Source of the DNA: a candidate division WWE3 bacterium RIFCSPLOWO2_01_FULL_39_13
GTDB lineage: Bacteria > Patescibacteriota > WWE3 > 2-01-FULL-39-13
Direction: 5' to 3'
Length of the DNA: 51,843 nt
Assembly (NCBI GenBank): GCA_001772665.1
Contig: MEVH01000022.1
Location: forward strand, 1-51,843
How positions within the stretch are numbered: position 1 is the first letter of the stretch; each line of letters opens with the position of its first letter. The notes beneath the pieces are model-generated. The model did no database searches. It was not told where the DNA came from and was given only the letters and a program-made list of their open reading frames with translations. The translations under genes were made by a program, and so were the position numbers. Shown here piece by piece: positions 1-13,066 of this stretch.

Positions 1-87
1 CAAAACCACACCAGCCAGAATTCCTATAATTACTATAACAATCAAAAGCTCAATTAATGTAAAACCTTTTTTATTTCTCGAAAACAT
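1..87 (-). CDS. Type IV pilin-like protein, N-terminus (runs off window start)
   Basis: Manual translation from ATG at 87: MFSRNKKG|FTLIELLIVIVIIGILAGVVL, a class III signal peptide/N-methylation motif. Confidence 0.9.
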   Translation of the reverse strand, partial: MFSRNKKGFTLIELLIVIVIIGILAGVVL

Positions 88-170
88 AATTCTTTAACAC
101 CCCCTCAAAACCAAATCCTAAAAAATAATATAAAGCCAGACTTGCTAACCTAAACCTACTAGCACTAAAC

Positions 171-653
171 TCACATATCCAACACACAGTCATAGACTGC
201 AGGATTTCCAGTATACTCCTGCAAGTTATTTGTTTGCCCAGTATTATAATAGTACCAGCAACGCAAATAACAGGACTTGTCATCAGAACCATTGCCAGGG
301 CGTAACAATCCAAACAAAAGATTATACGAACCATAATCCCGGTAATAATAATAAGAATTTTTTGGAGTGGGATTTGTACTAAAATTGTCTTCGACATAAT
401 CTCCATTGATGTCAACAAATCCTAAATCAGCCCAGGTTTTACATTTATCAGGGGTTGATGATGCAAAACACGAAAACATTGATAGGCACAGTTTTTCTGT
501 AGTTGCCTTAAGAACAGACTCAGCAGCCTTTCTCTGTGCTTTGGCTGGGTTTAAAACCGAAAGGACTACACCTGCCAAGATTCCTATGATAACAATAACA
601 ATAAGAAGCTCAATTAAAGTAAACGAGGATTTTTGGGCAGAAGTAAATTTCAT
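171..653 (-). CDS. Type IV pilin-like protein
   Basis: MKFTSAQKSS|FTLIELLIVIVIIGILAGVVL prepilin motif and a Cys-rich globular head; start moved from 671 to ATG 653. Confidence 0.9.
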   Translation of the reverse strand: MKFTSAQKSSFTLIELLIVIVIIGILAGVVLSVLNPAKAQRKAAESVLKATTEKLCLSMFSCFASSTPDKCKTWADLGFVDINGDYVEDNFSTNPTPKNSYYYYRDYGSYNLLFGLLRPGNGSDDKSCYLRCWYYYNTGQTNNLQEYTGNPAVYDCVLDM

Positions 654-687
654 GATATATATTAAAACCAAACAAACTAAATCGATT

Positions 688-1545
688 CTAAATTAATCTT
701 AAATACAAGTCAAATAAAACTGATCCAAATAGAAATGAGACGACAAATCCAATTATCAAAAACGGCCCGAAGGGTATTTTGCTTTTAAGTTTTTTGCGAT
801 GGACGAGAACCAAAGCAACCCCGGTTACCGCGCCGGTAAAAAATGAAACAAACCACATAACAATAGAAAGCACAGAACCGAGAAACAATGCAAGGATTGC
901 CGACAGATATATATCACCCTCTCCCATTGCCTTTTTGTTCGATCCAAAATGCAAAATCGCAAAAAATAATCCCATTACAAGCGCAGAGATCAAATGCCCT
1001 TTTATAGAAACATAAAAAGAAACAAGACTAAGAAACTGAATCCCGATAGTCCCTAAGACTCCGCCGTGTGAGATCGAAACGTAATATACTAATCCGCCGA
1101 CTAAATATATTCCCGCAAGAAAATACAAATAAATATTTGGAATAACATAATATTTCAAATCAGTAAAAAATATAAGAAGCAAAGTTATCAAAAACAGAAA
1201 ATAGAAAATACCTGCAGGGATTAATTGGACAGAGAAGGATGCCATCCCCGGAAGGTTCGCCAGATAATACACCAGCCCCGCAAAAGCCAAACCCGTGGTC
1301 AATTCAACAACAGACAGCATCAAAGGAATCTTGCCATTGCAGTAACGGCACTTCCCTTTAAGACGCAGGTACGAGAAAACAGGAACAAGATCTTTTGGTT
1401 CAAGTGTATGTTTGCATAATTCACAATAAGACCTGCCTCTAAAAAACTGCTCGCCACGGTAAACCCTGTCAATAACAACATTTAAAAAAGACCCGATAAA
1501 AAGACCGAGAATAAATATCAACAAAAGAACTAACCATAGAATCAT
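688..1545 (-). CDS. pilD: Prepilin peptidase (peptidase A24)
   Basis: GSFLNVVIDR, RSYCELC...KCRYC zinc site, two catalytic Asp motifs (TDLK, MGEGD), C-terminal IPFGPF. Confidence 0.95.
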   Translation of the reverse strand: MILWLVLLLIFILGLFIGSFLNVVIDRVYRGEQFFRGRSYCELCKHTLEPKDLVPVFSYLRLKGKCRYCNGKIPLMLSVVELTTGLAFAGLVYYLANLPGMASFSVQLIPAGIFYFLFLITLLLIFFTDLKYYVIPNIYLYFLAGIYLVGGLVYYVSISHGGVLGTIGIQFLSLVSFYVSIKGHLISALVMGLFFAILHFGSNKKAMGEGDIYLSAILALFLGSVLSIVMWFVSFFTGAVTGVALVLVHRKKLKSKIPFGPFLIIGFVVSFLFGSVLFDLYLRLI

Positions 1546-1559
1546 GTGTTAAGTATATC

Positions 1560-2279
1560 CTAAAGGAGATTAGGAAGATTAACCAAAAAACTTTCGATTC
1601 CCAAAAGCGGGTTTGCATAACGAGATTTAATAGACTCTTTTACATACTGCAAATACCTTATCTGACCAGCAAAAGAAACCACATTTCGAAAATCTTCGGA
1701 CTTTGATACAGACGACTCTACCATAAGATCCCGCAAAGCAAGCTCCCAGACATTAAGAATTTCACAGGCACTATTTCGGTCTTTTATCAAGTCTTTATTT
1801 TTCACTGTCCAATCTATTCTCTTGCCAATTGAAGATTTTAAAAGAGACATAAAAATATCGCGGTATGCTTTTAACTCTTTAGCGTCTATACTCACGTCAT
1901 CTTTAAGTTCGTATATTCTGCAGCGCGACCTTAATGTCTGAATCAGGCTCAAATGATGATCAACACTGAATGCTACTAAAGCATAATCAGGAAGCTCCTC
2001 GATAGATTTTAAAAGAGAGTTCTGCGCCTCGATCGTAAGATACTGGGCATCTCTCACAAGAACCATTCGAAAACCAGAATAATCGGGCTTCAGATTAATA
2101 AAAGAGATAATCCGTTTTGCTTCATTGATAGAAATGGACTTTGCCGATTCGTCAAGACCTATAGAAAAGAAATCGGAATTAGCAGATAAAGACAAATCAG
2201 AAACATATTTTTTGAAAAAAGCGAGCGCCTTTGCCTCGCGCATTGACGTGTTTCCTTTAGATACTATAATTGCCTGCAT
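1560..2279 (-). CDS. holB: DNA polymerase III delta-prime-like clamp loader subunit (short form)
   Basis: DAQYLTIEAQNSLLKSIEE and TLRSRC motifs typical of delta-prime. Confidence 0.75.
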   Translation of the reverse strand: MQAIIVSKGNTSMREAKALAFFKKYVSDLSLSANSDFFSIGLDESAKSISINEAKRIISFINLKPDYSGFRMVLVRDAQYLTIEAQNSLLKSIEELPDYALVAFSVDHHLSLIQTLRSRCRIYELKDDVSIDAKELKAYRDIFMSLLKSSIGKRIDWTVKNKDLIKDRNSACEILNVWELALRDLMVESSVSKSEDFRNVVSFAGQIRYLQYVKESIKSRYANPLLGIESFLVNLPNLL

Positions 2280-2310
2280 TATCCTCTATGATATACTAAA
2301 ATTTGAAATA

Positions 2311-4098
2311 ATGACGACTAAATCTGCCCAAAAAATAGAGGAGCTTCTCCTTCAAAAGGGGCTGTTAACCCCCAACCAATATAGACAAATTCAAGATGAA
2401 CAGCTAAAAAACGGATTAAGCCCCGAAGAAATAATAAAACGCGACAAACTTGTAAACGATATTGATATAGCAAAGGCGATTTCAGAATTATCATCAATAG
2501 AATTTGTAGACCTTTCGCAAAAAATAATTCATGCACAAACAACAAAACTGATACAAGAAAGCATTGCAAGACAGTATGTATTAATGCCTTTCGAATATGA
2601 TAAAGCCTCAATAAGCATTGCAATGACAGATCCCTTCGATCTGCAAACCATAGAATTTCTTGAAAGAAGCACAGGATTAAAGGTTAAAACATATATAAGC
2701 ACTGAGGATATAATAAATACCGTAATAGAGCGGGAATACAGCAAAAGCCTTGGTAAAGACGTATCTGAGGCTATAGAACAGGCCACCGCAACTTCAACCA
2801 AAAAAATAAAAGAATCTCTCAAAAATATTGAGGAAGTCAACCAGGTAATAAAAGTCTCGCCCGTAGCGCAGATCGTAAGCGTCGTTCTTGAATATGCAGT
2901 AAAATCAGGAGCTTCTGATATCCACATAGAGCCTATGGAAGAAGGCACCAGACTAAGGTATAGAATTGACGGAGTTCTGCAGGAAAAATTTCCGCTCCCC
3001 AAGACCATACACAATTCAATAATCGCCCGAATAAAAATACTTGCCAACATGCCGATAGACGAAAGAAGAAAACCTCTTGACGGAAAATTCAAAGTAATTT
3101 TCGGAGAGACAAAAACCGATTTAAGGGTTTCTACTATGCCGACAGTATTTGGGGAGAAGGCTGTAATCAGACTTCTTAAAGATCAGAAAACCACATTCAC
3201 TCTTAACCAGCTTGGCATGTGGGGAGAAGGGCTCAAAAAAGTAGATGAGGCACTCAAACAGACCACAGGAATAATGCTGGTCACAGGTCCCACAGGTTCA
3301 GGAAAAACAGTTACGCTAGCCACATCACTCGATAAACTCAATACAATCCGGGTAAATATAATAACTCTAGAAGATCCAGTAGAAATAAGCATCTCCGGAG
3401 TAAACCAAGTGCAGATCAACCCTCAGGCAGGACTCACGTTTGCATCGGGCTTAAGATCAATCCTAAGGCAGGATCCTAATATTATAATGGTAGGAGAAAT
3501 TCGCGATGTAGAAACAGCCCGCCTGGCAATACAGGCAGCATTAACGGGTCACCTAGTTCTTGCAACACTCCATACCAACTCAGCTTCAGGGGCAATCCCG
3601 CGTTTAATTGACATGGGAGTTGAAACATTTTTGATAGCCTCAACTGTAAATGTAATTATGGCACAAAGGCTGACACGCCGAATATGCATCAACTGCATTG
3701 AATCATTTTCTCCTGAAGAAAAATTAAAAGAAGACATTAAAAACGTTCTAGGTGAAAGACTAATGAGAGCAGGTCTCGGACCATCTCCATTTGCCAAAAA
3801 CCAGTATGCTGACAAAACCGCTAAACCTGCAGAAAACTCTAATAATGAAATTAAACTTTATAGAGGAAAGGGATGTGACAGGTGCAACAATACCGGATAT
3901 AAAGGAAGAATAGGTATATACGAAGTGATGTCCGTAAATTCTGAAATTCAAAAGTTAGCCGAGAATAATGCCCCTTCTGACGAGATACAAAAAAAGGCTG
4001 TAGAAAATGGTATGATCACATTAGTTCAGGACGGCTACTTGAAGGCGTTGTGGGGAGTTACTACAATAGAAGAGGTACTGTCCGTTGCGGATGAATAA
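2311..4098 (+). CDS. pilB: Type IV pilus assembly ATPase PilB/GspE
   Basis: ASDIHIEP, Walker A GPTGSGKT, LRQDPNIIMVGEIRD, tetracysteine zinc motif; start moved to ATG 2311 to avoid overlap with the divergent holB. Confidence 0.95.
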   Translation: MTTKSAQKIEELLLQKGLLTPNQYRQIQDEQLKNGLSPEEIIKRDKLVNDIDIAKAISELSSIEFVDLSQKIIHAQTTKLIQESIARQYVLMPFEYDKASISIAMTDPFDLQTIEFLERSTGLKVKTYISTEDIINTVIEREYSKSLGKDVSEAIEQATATSTKKIKESLKNIEEVNQVIKVSPVAQIVSVVLEYAVKSGASDIHIEPMEEGTRLRYRIDGVLQEKFPLPKTIHNSIIARIKILANMPIDERRKPLDGKFKVIFGETKTDLRVSTMPTVFGEKAVIRLLKDQKTTFTLNQLGMWGEGLKKVDEALKQTTGIMLVTGPTGSGKTVTLATSLDKLNTIRVNIITLEDPVEISISGVNQVQINPQAGLTFASGLRSILRQDPNIIMVGEIRDVETARLAIQAALTGHLVLATLHTNSASGAIPRLIDMGVETFLIASTVNVIMAQRLTRRICINCIESFSPEEKLKEDIKNVLGERLMRAGLGPSPFAKNQYADKTAKPAENSNNEIKLYRGKGCDRCNNTGYKGRIGIYEVMSVNSEIQKLAENNAPSDEIQKKAVENGMITLVQDGYLKALWGVTTIEEVLSVADE

Positions 4099-4128
4099 AA
4101 GTGCTTAGTTTAATTTGCAAACCCAAAT

Positions 4129-5232
4129 ATGGATGACAACCAGAATAAAAATTCACAGATTGATGTTGATGAAATTTTCAGGCGCGGTATAAAAGAAGGC
4201 GCATCTGACGTTCATCTAAGCAACGGACTCCCGCCGACTATCCGCGTAACAGGAGTCCTTAAGCCTTTACCCGAGTTTGGGAAGATCCACGATTTCGATA
4301 TAGAATTTTTTGTTGCTAAAGTATTAAATGAAAAACAGCTTGGAAATCTGTATCAAAACAAAGAACTGGATACTTCGTATGAACTTGGAAATAAAGAAAG
4401 ATTTAGAATGAATGTATTTTTTGACAGGGGAAAGCTGGCACTTACCGCTAGGCTTATTCCCCCGAGAATTCCGACTTTAGAAGAACTTAACCTTCCGACA
4501 ACATTATATGAATTCTGCAAGCTTCCGCATGGGTTAGTTCTTGTAACGGGACCGGCCGGAGTGGGTAAATCATCAACGCTTGCTGCAATGATTAACTGGA
4601 TAAATAACAATAAAAATAAACACATACTCACAATAGAAGATCCAATTGAGTATGCATTCACATCCAATAAATCCCTTATGAGACAAAGAGAGCTGAATGT
4701 AGACACTTTGAGCTGGGCAGGAGCACTCCGCTCAGCTTTAAGAGAAAATGTTGATGTTATACTTGTCGGAGAAATCAGGGATTTTCCTACAATGGAGCTC
4801 GCGATAACAGCAACAGAAAAGGGACACCTGGTTTTTGCCACGATACATACTTATTCTGCTGCCCAGACCCTTGACCACATAATAGGGATGGCTCCCGAGC
4901 ATCAGCAGGCTCAAATCAGGATGCAGATAGCATCGGTTTTAGAAGGAGTTGTTACACAAACTCTTATAAGAGGCGTGGATCAGAGCAAAAGATTTCCGGC
5001 TCTAGAAATTCTTCTTTTGACTAACGCAGTAAGAAATACAATTAGAGAAGGAAACACTCACTTCATAAATAACATAATTAATACAAGCTACGATATTGGT
5101 ATGAATTCTATGGAAAGATCATTAGCATCACTCGTAAGCGAAGGGAAGATAGAGCTTGACGAAGCCTTGACGCATACACTTAATCAGGATGATGTCATAA
5201 GGTACCTAAAACCAAAGAAACAAAAACAATGA
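4129..5232 (+). CDS. pilT: Type IV pilus retraction ATPase PilT
   Basis: ASDVHL, GPAGVGKS, TIEDPIEY, VGEIRD, AVRNTIRE (AIRNLIRE-like). Confidence 0.92.
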   Translation: MDDNQNKNSQIDVDEIFRRGIKEGASDVHLSNGLPPTIRVTGVLKPLPEFGKIHDFDIEFFVAKVLNEKQLGNLYQNKELDTSYELGNKERFRMNVFFDRGKLALTARLIPPRIPTLEELNLPTTLYEFCKLPHGLVLVTGPAGVGKSSTLAAMINWINNNKNKHILTIEDPIEYAFTSNKSLMRQRELNVDTLSWAGALRSALRENVDVILVGEIRDFPTMELAITATEKGHLVFATIHTYSAAQTLDHIIGMAPEHQQAQIRMQIASVLEGVVTQTLIRGVDQSKRFPALEILLLTNAVRNTIREGNTHFINNIINTSYDIGMNSMERSLASLVSEGKIELDEALTHTLNQDDVIRYLKPKKQKQ

Positions 5233-6437
5233 GGTATAAATATTCTGCCAAAACCAGAGACGGACTTCAAAACAAAACCGGAGAGATAGAGGCCACAAAT
5301 CAGAGAGTTGCCATAACAATGCTAAGAGAAAGCGGGCTGGTAATTTACTCGCTTGTTCCAATGGCTGATAATTCCGGGATTATAGGATTTTTAAACAGCA
5401 TTAGAGGTATATCGCTAAATGACAAAGTTGAATTCACCCAGCAGATCGCAAGCATGATATCGGCGGGGCTTCCTCTTCCAAAGGCTCTTGGAATACTTAC
5501 ACAACAGTCAGGCAACCCGCAAATGGGAAAAATAGTCCAGAACATCCTTTCAGATATTGAAGGAGGCAACACCCTCTCGGCAAGTCTTGAAAGGCAGGGC
5601 GAAGCTTTTTCTAGAAGCTACATCAGCCTTATCAAAGCCGGCGAAGCCTCGGGAAAACTTGACGATGTCATGAAAAGGCTGGCTCATACACTTGAAAAGC
5701 AAAGACAGTTCAGAGGTAAAGTTCAAGGCGCTTTAATTTATCCGGCAATAATTACAACAGCAATGATTCTGGTTTTTACGCTAATCGTCCTTTATGTTGT
5801 CCCGAAAATGACAGCGGTTTATGAATCATTTGATATAGACCTTCCCGCAAGCACGGTTTTTATGATAAACCTGTCAAAATTTTTAGGAACATATTGGTGG
5901 GCAGTGCTTGGCGGGACCGTGGCATTTGTTATCGGATTTAAATTTTTCTCAAGAACTGAGTTTGGGAGCTACCTGGTAAACCGCGTAACATTCAAACTGC
6001 CAATATTCGGAGCCCTCGTAAAAAACTCTGATATTGTTGAATTCACAAGAACACTCGGGCTTTTGACTAATGCTGGAGTCCCAATAATTGAAGCGCTTGA
6101 AATAGTACACAACTCTGTCAGCAGCATTATATTTAAAGATTCAATAGACAGGTTTGTTGATGATGTCAGACATGGATATCCGCTGTCTCAAACTGTTGCG
6201 AAAGAAGTTGAATTCCCAATGCTGGTTTCTCAAATGCTTTCAGTAGGCGAGGAAACCGGAACAGTAGGAGAACGCCTGAACAGCCTGTCTGCTTACTATG
6301 AAGAAGAAGTCGACAAGGTAGTAAAAAACCTTTCTACAGCAATCGAACCTGTAATAATGGTACTCCTTGGCGGAATGGTTCTCATGCTTATAATGGCAGT
6401 AATTCTTCCGATATATCAAATAACAAGCAGCTTTTAA
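5229..6437 (+). CDS. pilC: Type IV pilus platform protein PilC/GspF
   Basis: Two T2SSF repeats (AGEASGKLD, VGEETG), ALIYP and IEP motifs; operon with pilB and pilT. Confidence 0.95.
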   Translation: MRYKYSAKTRDGLQNKTGEIEATNQRVAITMLRESGLVIYSLVPMADNSGIIGFLNSIRGISLNDKVEFTQQIASMISAGLPLPKALGILTQQSGNPQMGKIVQNILSDIEGGNTLSASLERQGEAFSRSYISLIKAGEASGKLDDVMKRLAHTLEKQRQFRGKVQGALIYPAIITTAMILVFTLIVLYVVPKMTAVYESFDIDLPASTVFMINLSKFLGTYWWAVLGGTVAFVIGFKFFSRTEFGSYLVNRVTFKLPIFGALVKNSDIVEFTRTLGLLTNAGVPIIEALEIVHNSVSSIIFKDSIDRFVDDVRHGYPLSQTVAKEVEFPMLVSQMLSVGEETGTVGERLNSLSAYYEEEVDKVVKNLSTAIEPVIMVLLGGMVLMLIMAVILPIYQITSSF

Positions 6438-6547
6438 ATTCGATAAACAATAATTAGTCCGCTTCTGTCTCTTAATTCCACTGATATGACGGCCTTTTTC
6501 TCTGTTTTCATCCCTGGACTTGGCTGTCTGCTCCTGATACACTATAA

Positions 6548-8530
<1,983 letters not shown>

Positions 8531-8533
8531 ATT

Positions 8534-9760
8534 ATGATTAAACTGATTAACTCAAAAGTACTGCAGTATTTAGTAATTATTGTTTTTATTCGTTTTCTGT
8601 TTGGATTCTCGCTTTTTATCTTAGCCGGATATCTCGCGGGACTACTTATTTTCAATTTATCATCGCGCATTAATTCAAAGAGTACAATCAACCAGAATAT
8701 ATTTTTAGTAATCTTTGGAATAGCAGTAGTTTTGCTGTTTAATAATAATCCCCTTATGACTGCATCCTTTTTGATAGGAGCAAATACAGCCAATTATTTT
8801 TTGCGCCTCGGTTCAACAAACAGCATGCACAATACGGCAGTAAATCTTTTAAACATAATATGCCTTTCTGGTATCACTCTTGTAAGCGGAATACAAAAGT
8901 TCAGAGGATTCAATAACCTAGATCCTTTTAATATAGAAATAAGTATTCCTCTTTTTATTTTGACAATTCTTGCCGGATATTTTTTGCTTAAGGCAATCTC
9001 AGGCTTTCTCAGCTTAAGAAAAATAAATCCAGTGCACTCGGCGGTAGTCACCACTGCTGTACTTGGATTATCTTCGTATTTCATATCCTACAGCTTTTTT
9101 AAAGAAATAGGCACAGAAACAATAGCTGTTCCATTAATCGGAGGTCTTTTGACCGCGCTTCTAAATGTAATTATCAAAGGCAAGAATATCGCCAAAGTTA
9201 TTTTAGAGATATTTTTTCTTCTGATAGTTCCATATCAGATGGCAGGGCTTACCGGAATACTTTTATCCATGCTCAGCTATGCTCTTTTGTCTGAAAGCTT
9301 TTCTTCTGCTATTTGGGAGAAAATTTCAATAGAGAAAATATCATATCTTGCGCTTGCTCCAATACTCTTTTTGTTTGCATCGTCTGAAATACGCGAAAAC
9401 GAGGGTCTTATTACACGGTTCAATTTAGCAAGCGGATACCAGACTGGATGGCTATTCGTATCGCTGGCAATTTATATATATTTCCCGAAAATGCTTGACA
9501 CTTTGAAAAATTTCTTTAAAAGCAACGAAATAGTGCAGTTCTTTCCATTAACGGCACTTTTAATCTGTCTTGCTGTACTGATTTTTATTTTCAGGACAGG
9601 AAGAGATGAAGCAGTATCATCTTTAATAATTGCAGGAGGTGTTTATTTATTTATAAATAGTTTGTCAGGCGAAAAAGGGGAAGGCGAAAGCCGATCTGTT
9701 ATCTCAGCGGTGGCTAACTTTGCCGGATCAATTGCTCTTTTTGCGCTTGCTAAAATTTAA
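8534..9760 (+). CDS. Polytopic membrane protein of unknown function
   Basis: 408-aa ORF made mostly of hydrophobic segments; tightly coupled to gyrB and ppa. Confidence 0.8.
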   Translation: MIKLINSKVLQYLVIIVFIRFLFGFSLFILAGYLAGLLIFNLSSRINSKSTINQNIFLVIFGIAVVLLFNNNPLMTASFLIGANTANYFLRLGSTNSMHNTAVNLLNIICLSGITLVSGIQKFRGFNNLDPFNIEISIPLFILTILAGYFLLKAISGFLSLRKINPVHSAVVTTAVLGLSSYFISYSFFKEIGTETIAVPLIGGLLTALLNVIIKGKNIAKVILEIFFLLIVPYQMAGLTGILLSMLSYALLSESFSSAIWEKISIEKISYLALAPILFLFASSEIRENEGLITRFNLASGYQTGWLFVSLAIYIYFPKMLDTLKNFFKSNEIVQFFPLTALLICLAVLIFIFRTGRDEAVSSLIIAGGVYLFINSLSGEKGEGESRSVISAVANFAGSIALFALAKI

Positions 9761-9762
9761 AA

Positions 9763-10341
9763 ATGAATCTTTTTCATGGAATAAAACAGGACAAAGCTCC
9801 TCAGGTGTTAAAATTAGTTTCTGAAATCGCTAAGGGAGATTTTGTAAAATATGAGTATAACAACGAGTATGGGGTACTTGAAGTAGATAGAATTCTGTAC
9901 GGTCCGGTTCATTACCCGGTTGTTTATGCAGATGTTCCGCGTACCTGGAATACACATGACGGCGATCCGCTTGATGCTGTTGTATATACTACAGGAAATA
10001 TTGTCCCCGGCGCCATAGTCCACGGAAGAGTTGTCGGCCTTATGGGAATGCTTGACAATAATGAAGAAGATTCAAAAATTATCTGTGTAAATGACCGCGA
10101 TCCAAGATATTCTCATGTTAATGGTGTTAAGGATCTCCCTGAATATGAATTAAAAGATCTGCAGACATTTATGGAGACTTACAAATACGCGCAGACCGGC
10201 CCAGGAACAGTTAAAATAACAGGCTTTAAGGACAAAGAGGAAGCTTACAAGCTTATCGAATGGTCCATGAAAGAGTACGAAAAAAAGTTTAAAGACCAGA
10301 AGAGGAGGTTTGAACCGCCGGCTGATCCAGCAGTTCTTTAA
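9763..10341 (+). CDS. ppa: Inorganic pyrophosphatase (family I)
   Basis: [17 protein letters not shown] signature, DSKIICV. Confidence 0.95.
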   Translation: MNLFHGIKQDKAPQVLKLVSEIAKGDFVKYEYNNEYGVLEVDRILYGPVHYPVVYADVPRTWNTHDGDPLDAVVYTTGNIVPGAIVHGRVVGLMGMLDNNEEDSKIICVNDRDPRYSHVNGVKDLPEYELKDLQTFMETYKYAQTGPGTVKITGFKDKEEAYKLIEWSMKEYEKKFKDQKRRFEPPADPAVL

Positions 10342-10388
10342 TTAGAGACCTGCTTTCGAATCAGTTAACCGTACCGAGGATAAATACT

Positions 10389-13043
10389 ATGGCAGACGAC
10401 GACGAAAACAAACAAATAATGGGGCTGGCAGATGGCGGAACACAAAATCCTCGTCAAGCCGATAACGAGGAGCAGAATGTTGTTATCGACCCCAATAGAG
10501 GAAAAGTAATAATAACTCCAATATCCAAAGAGATGCAAAAGGCTTATCTGGACTATGCAATGAGTGTAATAGTTGCCAGAGCTCTCCCCGACGTAAGAGA
10601 CGGGCTGAAACCAGTGCAAAGAAGAATCGTTTTTGCTGCAAATGACATGCACCTTGATGCAGACGCAAGATATAGCAAATCTGCAAAGCTTGTCGGCGAG
10701 GTTATAGGAAAGTATCATCCTCATGCGGATACATCCATTTACGAAGCTCTTGTTCACATAGCGCAGGATTTCAAGTTAAGGTATCCGCTTATAGACGGAC
10801 AGGGCAACTTTGGAAATGTTGACGGCGATCCGGCAGCTGCCATGAGGTACACCGAGTGCAGGCTCGAAAGAATCGCCGATCACCTTTTAAAAGACATTGA
10901 TAAAGATACGGTAGACTTCGTTGATAACTATTCGGTGGAGTATAAAGAGCCGTTGGTTCTTCCTTCTGTAATTCCGAACCTTATGATGAATGGCGCCATT
11001 GGAATAGCGGTTGGGATGGCAACAAATATTCCTCCCCATAATCTAGGTGAGCTTATCGATGGAATAGTATTATCTCTTGATAAAGGTAAAGCCAATACGA
11101 CAGGAACAGAAACAAAGGTTATCAAGGCATATGATCTTATTGAAACCACAGTTGATATAAATCCATGGGACATCACAAACAGCCTAAGTTTAGAGGAGCT
11201 TGCAGAAGTAATAAAGGGGCCTGACTTTCCAACGGGATGTACTATTTATGACCGATCCGAGACTTTAAGCTACTTTGCAACAGGCCGGGGCAAAATTATC
11301 CAACAGGGAAAGGCAAAGATCGAAGAGCTGAAAAACGGCAGGTACGCAATTATTATTTCAGAGATCCCATTTCAGGTTAATAAATCGTCGCTTGTAGAAA
11401 AAATTGCTGAACTTGTAACTAACAAAAAAATCAAAGAAATAAGTGAGATAAGAGATGAAAGCAGCAAGAAGGATCTTAAGATAGTCGTTGAGCTCAAAAA
11501 AGAAGGCCGTCCTCAAAAGATTCTGAACTCGCTTTATAAATATACTCCTCTTCAATCTGCTTTTAATGTCAACATGCTGGCACTGGTCAACGGTGAACCT
11601 GAAACGCTCGGATTAAAGCAATACATAGAAGAATTTATCAAACACAGAAGAAATGTTGTAACCAGAAGAACTATTTACGATCTGAAAAAAGCCCGCGAGC
11701 GGGAGCACATTTTAGAGGGATTAAAAATAGCCCTTGATTTTATTGATGAGGTAATTGACCTTATCAGAAAATCCCAAGATTCTGATGAGGCGAAAGATAA
11801 ACTTGTAAAAAGATTCAATCTGACAGAAATTCAGGCGCAGGCGATTTTAGATATGCAGCTTAGAAGGCTCGCTGCTTTAGAAAGAGAAAAAATCGAAAAT
11901 GAACTTGCCGAAATTCAGAAAAACATCAATAGATTTATCTTGATACTCAAAAGTCCCGAAGAGATGATAAAAATCATTAAATCAGAGCTTCTTGAAATAA
12001 AGGATAAGTTTGCAGATCAAAGAAAAACCAAAGTTGTCAAAGGCCGGGTAGGCGAATTCGAAGAAGAGGATTTAATATCAAATGAAAGTACCCTGATTTC
12101 AATTACTGAGTCAGGATATATTAAAAGGATAAAACCGTCGACATATAAAATTCAAAGTCGTGGCGGAAAGGGCGTAATGGGAGCAAAAATCAAGTCAGAG
12201 GATGAGGTGTCTATGCTCAGGCATGCCGAAACACACGACAGAATATTATTTTTGTCAGACAAAGGGAAAATTTATGAAAAGCGCGTCTGGGATATACCCG
12301 AAGGATCACGCACAAGCAAAGGAACTGCAGTTGTGAATCTTCTTGAAATGGAATCAAGCGAAAGACTTGCCGAAGTAATAACTCTTGATAAAGAAGCAGA
12401 AAAGAAAAAGGATAAAATGTTCCTTTTGACAGCAACAAAACTTGGGCAGATCAAAAAGACAGAAATTTCACAGTTTGAAAACATAAGAAGAACGGGAATT
12501 GTTGCAATAAGCCTAAAGCCCAGCGATTTTGTTATAAGCACAAAACTGACAGACGGCAGCAATGATGTTATTCTCGTAAGCTCAAAAGGCAAATCTATAA
12601 GGTTTAAAGAAAAGGATGTGAGACCGATGGGAAGATCAGCTTCAGGAGTTCGGGGAATTAAGATAAAAGGAGACGACTATGTTGTCAGTATGGAGGTCAT
12701 CTCAAACAGAGATAAAGACAGCGGAAAGCTTTTCACCCTTACTTCACACGGATACGGCAAAATGAGCAGTTTATTAGACTTCTCTATACAAAACCGCGGG
12801 GGAAGCGGAATAATCGCACATAAAACTACTCCAAAAACAGGAAGTGTAGTGTGCGTTAAAATAATCGATATAGAGTCCAAATCCAATGATATATTGATTA
12901 CATCCGAGCAGGGGCAGATAATAAGAATCCCAGTCACATCAGTCCCAACTCTTACAAACCGCAGTACCCAGGGAGTAATACTTATGAGACTCAATTCAGG
13001 CGACATGGTATCTGCAGCAACGATATTCGAGAAAGAGGAATAA
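10389..13043 (+). CDS. gyrA: DNA gyrase subunit A
   Basis: [23 protein letters not shown] catalytic Tyr, GyrA-box QSRGGKG, C-terminal beta-pinwheel repeats. Confidence 0.96.
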   Translation: MADDDENKQIMGLADGGTQNPRQADNEEQNVVIDPNRGKVIITPISKEMQKAYLDYAMSVIVARALPDVRDGLKPVQRRIVFAANDMHLDADARYSKSAKLVGEVIGKYHPHADTSIYEALVHIAQDFKLRYPLIDGQGNFGNVDGDPAAAMRYTECRLERIADHLLKDIDKDTVDFVDNYSVEYKEPLVLPSVIPNLMMNGAIGIAVGMATNIPPHNLGELIDGIVLSLDKGKANTTGTETKVIKAYDLIETTVDINPWDITNSLSLEELAEVIKGPDFPTGCTIYDRSETLSYFATGRGKIIQQGKAKIEELKNGRYAIIISEIPFQVNKSSLVEKIAELVTNKKIKEISEIRDESSKKDLKIVVELKKEGRPQKILNSLYKYTPLQSAFNVNMLALVNGEPETLGLKQYIEEFIKHRRNVVTRRTIYDLKKAREREHILEGLKIALDFIDEVIDLIRKSQDSDEAKDKLVKRFNLTEIQAQAILDMQLRRLAALEREKIENELAEIQKNINRFILILKSPEEMIKIIKSELLEIKDKFADQRKTKVVKGRVGEFEEEDLISNESTLISITESGYIKRIKPSTYKIQSRGGKGVMGAKIKSEDEVSMLRHAETHDRILFLSDKGKIYEKRVWDIPEGSRTSKGTAVVNLLEMESSERLAEVITLDKEAEKKKDKMFLLTATKLGQIKKTEISQFENIRRTGIVAISLKPSDFVISTKLTDGSNDVILVSSKGKSIRFKEKDVRPMGRSASGVRGIKIKGDDYVVSMEVISNRDKDSGKLFTLTSHGYGKMSSLLDFSIQNRGGSGIIAHKTTPKTGSVVCVKIIDIESKSNDILITSEQGQIIRIPVTSVPTLTNRSTQGVILMRLNSGDMVSAATIFEKEE

Positions 13044-13066
13044 ACAAAGTCTGATATTATTAATAC

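Noticed and set aside
2125..2310. N-terminal extension of PilB in the ORF track
   Set aside because: Overlaps the divergent holB-like gene; a TATACT box precedes ATG 2311.
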